Source: a virus | Taxonomy: Duplodnaviria; Caudoviricetes | Virus record (IMG/VR): IMGVR_UViG_3300011008_002712 | Direction: 5' to 3' (one strand) | Length of the DNA: 64,000 nt | Part shown: positions 59,940 through 64,000 of the stretch, piece by piece | How positions within the stretch are numbered: the first letter of the stretch is position 1 | How the letters are laid out: each line of letters starts with the position of its first letter | Program-made: the position numbers and the translations under genes | Notes under the pieces: generated by a model | Seen by the model: the letters and a program-made list of their open reading frames with translations, nothing else | Told to the model about the DNA's origin: nothing | The model's database searches: none

Positions 59940-60250
59940 AATGCTCTCATGGTAACGCTTGTAATTCTTTGCAGTATAAGAAAAATGATTACATTGTAGA
60001 TTTAAAATTTTTGATAAAAAATAGAATTGCTGTTACATTTACTATTAGGTGTAATAGCAATTCTTTTGAATTACACGATACTGCAAGAATAAAACTCAAG
60101 GAAGATGTTCTAACAGAAATAAAAAGAAGTTTGTCTCACAAACACAATGAAAAAGTAAGAGAATTGATATATGATTTGTTGCTGAATGATAAATTAAGAA
60201 AATTCATTTTATCTTCTCTTGATGAATATGTCAAACATGATGGTATGTAA
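59936..60250 (+). CDS. Hypothetical protein with C-terminal motif (EYVKHDGM*)
   Basis: GAGGAGG RBS; motif family member. Confidence 0.7.
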   Translation: MKCSHGNACNSLQYKKNDYIVDLKFLIKNRIAVTFTIRCNSNSFELHDTARIKLKEDVLTEIKRSLSHKHNEKVRELIYDLLLNDKLRKFILSSLDEYVKHDGM

Positions 60251-60359
60251 ATTATTTCTTTCAAATTTATATTAATTGTGAATAATTGTCTTCAAACAAA
60301 AAACGTATATCTCTTTTGCATATAATATATTCATCAAATGAAAGGAGATAAATTGCAAC

Positions 60360-60605
60360 ATGGAAGTAAAACTAACTATTGACGATGTAAGTAAGACTAT
60401 CCCTATGGAAGAAGCTTCTAAACTTCTAAACGATCTTCTTGAAGAAAGAAAATTAAACACGTTCCTTGATGTGATGCTATCTATTCATGAGTTTCAAGAG
60501 GATTTGGACGATGACGATTTTTGGGACATAATAGAAGATTGTGAATTAGAATTTATGTCAATTATCATTAGAGAAAGTTACATAGTATCAGCTCCATGCG
60601 AATAA
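60360..60605 (+). CDS. Acidic hypothetical protein
   Basis: AAGGAG RBS. Confidence 0.65.
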   Translation: MEVKLTIDDVSKTIPMEEASKLLNDLLEERKLNTFLDVMLSIHEFQEDLDDDDFWDIIEDCELEFMSIIIRESYIVSAPCE

Positions 60606-60619
60606 TTTTAGGAGAGAAA

Positions 60620-62629
60620 TTAATTTCTCTCCTTTTTGTCTTTTCTAATCAAAAGCAAATTATGATCAAATCTATTTGTTTTTGATGGGAATATGTTTGC
60701 TTCTTCATCAGTAAAAACCCAGTGCAAATGCAAATGATTTTCTTTTAATGTAAAAGCATAATCTTTTAAATTGTATAAATGTAATCCTATATGAAAAGTC
60801 TTGCATTTCATATAAAAAGCAGCTTTTTTAAGATTTTCAAAAACAAGATCTAACTCAATGCATTTTACATGTCTATTTTTCTTAATGTCAAGTTTTAATT
60901 GCTTTCTTACTTCTAAAAGAATATCTTGATTAATGTTTTTGTTATAGATGGGATTTAATTTTTCAATTGCTTCTTTTTTATTTACATAATCAACAATTTC
61001 ATAAATAAAATCATCTTTATTTAATTTCAGCAAACTTAAATTAGTATGAAAATGCTTAATTATATTGCTTTTGCAAGAAAACACATAAACGTTTTCATGA
61101 GTTATTTTGTTTTTAATCAAAATTATCTTTTCTTCTAAAGAATCCTTTAGAAGATGATTCAAATAAATTCTTCCATGTTTAGTGTTAAAAGAATTATTAT
61201 GATTTTTTATGTCTTCAATTTGTGCTTTTATTGCTTCTTGCTTAGATGTAAAATATTGAATTGCTTTAAAAGAACAACCAAAATTTTCAACAAACTTATT
61301 GACACTTGAGTTTATGTTTAGGTGATCTAATTTTTTGTTGCTAATCCCAACATAAATGACTTGATTCTGATACACAATGTGATATAAAAAATAGTTCGTG
61401 TTAATATTTTTAGTTTTTCTTATGCAATCGACGTTTACGGTAACGTTCTTTTTAGTAAATTCCCAATTCATACATTCATTATTAGATGTAATTCCACAGT
61501 AAAGTGTTCTATTAAAGCAATTTAATAAAATATTATTTTCGCGTAAATGATAATGTTTAGAAGCTTGTTTAGCATTAGCAAATACTTCGCCTGTAGTTGT
61601 ATTTAAGATATGTTTTGGATTGAATGAAATTTTTTCTTTATAAACTAATTTTTTAATTTTTTCATCAATTGGAAGTTTTGACATTAAATCGAATTTCTTA
61701 GAATAAATTTTGATAAAATAATTAACGTAATCTTTTGCTAATGAATAATCATAATATACTTTTAGAAGCTTTACGGAATAACAATCATCTTTCAGTTTAT
61801 AAAAATTTTTTATTTTAGTCAAAATAGATGATTTATTAAAACTCCATCTTGTCATTGATACAATCAATGGCTTATTATTTTTTGTAATAAGAAAAATCTT
61901 GAACATTTCTATCATTAAAGAAAATCTGTCTGCTTTTTTAAAAACAATTGGAACGTTTTCAATGAATTTACACGGTCTATTTTTTTGAATTGATTCACGA
62001 ATGTTATCACAATCTATTTTCGTTATTTTGCTCGCTTCATTTATGTCATAAAAAATTCTTTTATTTGTTAAACAAATAATTGCATTTTCGTTGAGTCTTG
62101 AATGACTCGCCATAATTTTTTCATGTATTTCTTTTTCTGATAGTTTTTCATATTCTTCTTTGAAACACCAGATCCTGCCATGATCATTTTTTCTTTTTCC
62201 AAAACATACATCTATAATAGACTGTTCACTGACATTAAAACATTTTGCTGCATCTTCTAAAAAATAATGTGTTTCATTATTTAATAAAACAACATTTATT
62301 TTATCTCTGTTTGTTTTGATTTGTTTATTTTCTTTAAATTTATAACTATTTCCCAAGACCTTGTTTTGTAATTGATAAAATTGTGAGTAGTGTTGCGTCC
62401 AATAAATTTCTCTTCTAAATCCAAGTTCTTTGTCATTTTTAACTGTTTCTAATAATTTTATGTCGAAATTGTCTATTCCATAAAAATGCATATAAGCGTA
62501 TGCAGCAGATTTTTTAGATTTTTTATGATTTGCCAATCTGTATTTTAATTTATTTTTTGTTATGCCAACGTAACAAATGTCATTAGTTTTTTTGTTAAAA
62601 ATGGCATAAATTTTGTAGTATGTATTCAT
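60620..62629 (-). CDS. Multi-domain GIY-YIG homing endonuclease-like protein with NUMOD1-like repeats
   Basis: YKIYAI...CYVGIT...RLANH...E; second LYHI...IYVGIS; TTTGEVFANAKQAS. Confidence 0.75.
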   Translation of the reverse strand: MNTYYKIYAIFNKKTNDICYVGITKNKLKYRLANHKKSKKSAAYAYMHFYGIDNFDIKLLETVKNDKELGFRREIYWTQHYSQFYQLQNKVLGNSYKFKENKQIKTNRDKINVVLLNNETHYFLEDAAKCFNVSEQSIIDVCFGKRKNDHGRIWCFKEEYEKLSEKEIHEKIMASHSRLNENAIICLTNKRIFYDINEASKITKIDCDNIRESIQKNRPCKFIENVPIVFKKADRFSLMIEMFKIFLITKNNKPLIVSMTRWSFNKSSILTKIKNFYKLKDDCYSVKLLKVYYDYSLAKDYVNYFIKIYSKKFDLMSKLPIDEKIKKLVYKEKISFNPKHILNTTTGEVFANAKQASKHYHLRENNILLNCFNRTLYCGITSNNECMNWEFTKKNVTVNVDCIRKTKNINTNYFLYHIVYQNQVIYVGISNKKLDHLNINSSVNKFVENFGCSFKAIQYFTSKQEAIKAQIEDIKNHNNSFNTKHGRIYLNHLLKDSLEEKIILIKNKITHENVYVFSCKSNIIKHFHTNLSLLKLNKDDFIYEIVDYVNKKEAIEKLNPIYNKNINQDILLEVRKQLKLDIKKNRHVKCIELDLVFENLKKAAFYMKCKTFHIGLHLYNLKDYAFTLKENHLHLHWVFTDEEANIFPSKTNRFDHNLLLIRKDKKERN

Positions 62630-62657
62630 TTGAAAATTATCCTTTAAAAAGAGAGGA

Positions 62658-63920
62658 TTATGTCAGGTTTGTTATTAAATGATAAATGTCTTCATTTTTA
62701 GCAATACTAAGACTAATTTGTTCATAATCAATACCACAAAAGTGGCTTAGATCAGTAATGCTATTAAAAATTTCGTTTTTATATCTTATTTTGCGTTTAT
62801 CAATTCTTTTGTGAGGTTTTATGATATACTGTTCGTATAACTCGAAGTTGCTTTTATTCAATTTATGTTTGGCTTCATTGTAATCAAGATGTTCTGCTAA
62901 GATATATCCATCATTTTGAGTATAAGGAATGTTTTGTTTTAGTTTTTCATCGATTTTATAATGAAATTTTTCTTGTTTGATAAAATCGCCATAAATAAAA
63001 ATTTTGTCTTGTATTAAATTTATGATCATAACACTTGTATATCTATCAAATCCAATGTTTTTGCCTTTGTTTGCTTGAGAAATTTTTTGTTTGTGGCTTT
63101 CTGTATGAGGTACGCCAAGCTTTTTTTCTTGTGCTGCTTTTGTTCCAGCGAGAATACATTCTCTCGATGGGTGATTTCCTGTTTGTATGTTTTGCAGATC
63201 ATAGTGTTTGCTGTATTGAGTGATAAACTTCTCTTTTTCATAATTTAATTCTTTTTTTGATTGGCAAATTTTAAGTATCTTAAAATTAACATTATTTAAA
63301 TCTAAATTGAATTTGGATTTAATACGTTTTAATGATACATACATATCGTTCCCATGGCCAATATATATCGGTTGATCATTTTGCAATATCAAATAAATGT
63401 AAAATTTGTCGTTAAGTTTATCTAACGATTTTGCTTTTAGTTCTACAGCACAAAATTTTTTATATTTTCGATTGCTTGTTTCTTCTCCAATTTGTAATTT
63501 TCTTTCTTCACTCAATTTAGAACCTATGCATTCATTAAGAAGTGGAGCATTTTTCTTCATATATTCCAATGTCCAATTATACTCTTTTTCAAATGCTTTT
63601 TCTTTTCCTATAACATATTCTAAAACTTCTATAGATAAATCATGTCTAGTGTAATTATTCTTTAATAGAAATTTTCCTATTTTGTTATTTTTTTGAACGT
63701 GACAATGTAGACGGTCTTTTAATGACATTGAAGTCATGCCGATGTATATTATTTGGTTTGTTGGTATGAGAACGATTTTATAGATTGAATATAGTTTGTC
63801 GTTATCGATCATAAAAATCTCCTTTATTAAAAGGAGGAGAAAAATTCTCCTCCTTAATTTTTTATAAATGTTTGACTCTGTCTCTCTCTTCACATTGCTT
63901 TGCGTAATTCCATCTATCAA
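62658..63920 (-). CDS. Tandem GIY-YIG endonuclease with NUMOD3 motif (probable start MIDNDK)
   Basis: YSIYKI...IYIGMT...RLHCH; FYIYLI...IYIGHG; GVPHTESHKQKIS. Confidence 0.75.
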   Translation of the reverse strand: MIDGITQSNVKRETESNIYKKLRRRIFLLLLIKEIFMIDNDKLYSIYKIVLIPTNQIIYIGMTSMSLKDRLHCHVQKNNKIGKFLLKNNYTRHDLSIEVLEYVIGKEKAFEKEYNWTLEYMKKNAPLLNECIGSKLSEERKLQIGEETSNRKYKKFCAVELKAKSLDKLNDKFYIYLILQNDQPIYIGHGNDMYVSLKRIKSKFNLDLNNVNFKILKICQSKKELNYEKEKFITQYSKHYDLQNIQTGNHPSRECILAGTKAAQEKKLGVPHTESHKQKISQANKGKNIGFDRYTSVMIINLIQDKIFIYGDFIKQEKFHYKIDEKLKQNIPYTQNDGYILAEHLDYNEAKHKLNKSNFELYEQYIIKPHKRIDKRKIRYKNEIFNSITDLSHFCGIDYEQISLSIAKNEDIYHLITNLT

Positions 63921-64000
63921 GACTAGTTGTCAAATATCCAGTTATCCTTCTCAACCTCTCAATTTTGTTTGGTTGGATATAACTTACTTCAAGATCTAAT

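Noticed and set aside
7711-60250. The G-L-stop endings could be an artefact of the next gene's RBS and ATGA overlap (e.g. GAGGGATTATGA at 43315-43326)
   Set aside because: This may contribute in a few cases (17667, 43021, 43838, 56275). But many members have no overlapping downstream gene or RBS (7711, 9721, 15472, 35330, 42824, 44044, 59936), the codons vary, and it cannot explain I/V at position -6
1-64000. Alternative genetic code (TAG/TGA/TAA recoding) as in some jumbo phages
   Set aside because: Known genes are full length in code 11 and all three stops terminate genes; only one in-frame stop was found; there is no canonical suppressor tRNA (the CUA in the 7302-7376 loop is off-register)

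Overview
AT-rich, gene-dense window that looks like part of a large (jumbo-type) dsDNA phage genome, read in the standard genetic code. The host is probably a Negativicute (Selenomonas/Veillonella group), inferred from a phage-carried SLH-domain OmpM-type porin. The left arm (0.7-7.6 kb) is a minus-strand tRNA cluster: Ser, Glu, Ile-UAU, Leu, Trp, Asn, Gln, Lys and one atypical tRNA. It is interleaved with homing-endonuclease-like genes and three copies of a covarying hairpin RNA. Next come a HUH Rep-SF3 helicase gene with iteron-like repeats, a tmRNA preceded by an unexplained ACCA-ended RNA, and Pth. The middle holds NADAR and HD hydrolases, a MoxR-like AAA+/VWA pair, a NusG-like gene, Hen1 and Pnkp, LysR, a stop-interrupted PtuA-like ATPase, PARG-like and SLOG genes, and LemA/TPM genes. 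The right end holds a repeat-rich candidate replication origin (54.1-55.2 kb), a nucleotidyltransferase and two GIY-YIG genes. The most striking unexplained signal is a shared C-terminal motif, [YFMLVI]-[IV]-x-x-x-G-[LMIF]-stop, on about 19 otherwise dissimilar, mostly small ORFs across the window. It is conserved at the protein level, not the DNA level, and suggests an undescribed tagging, docking or targeting system. All family calls come from motif recognition by eye; no database searches were run.
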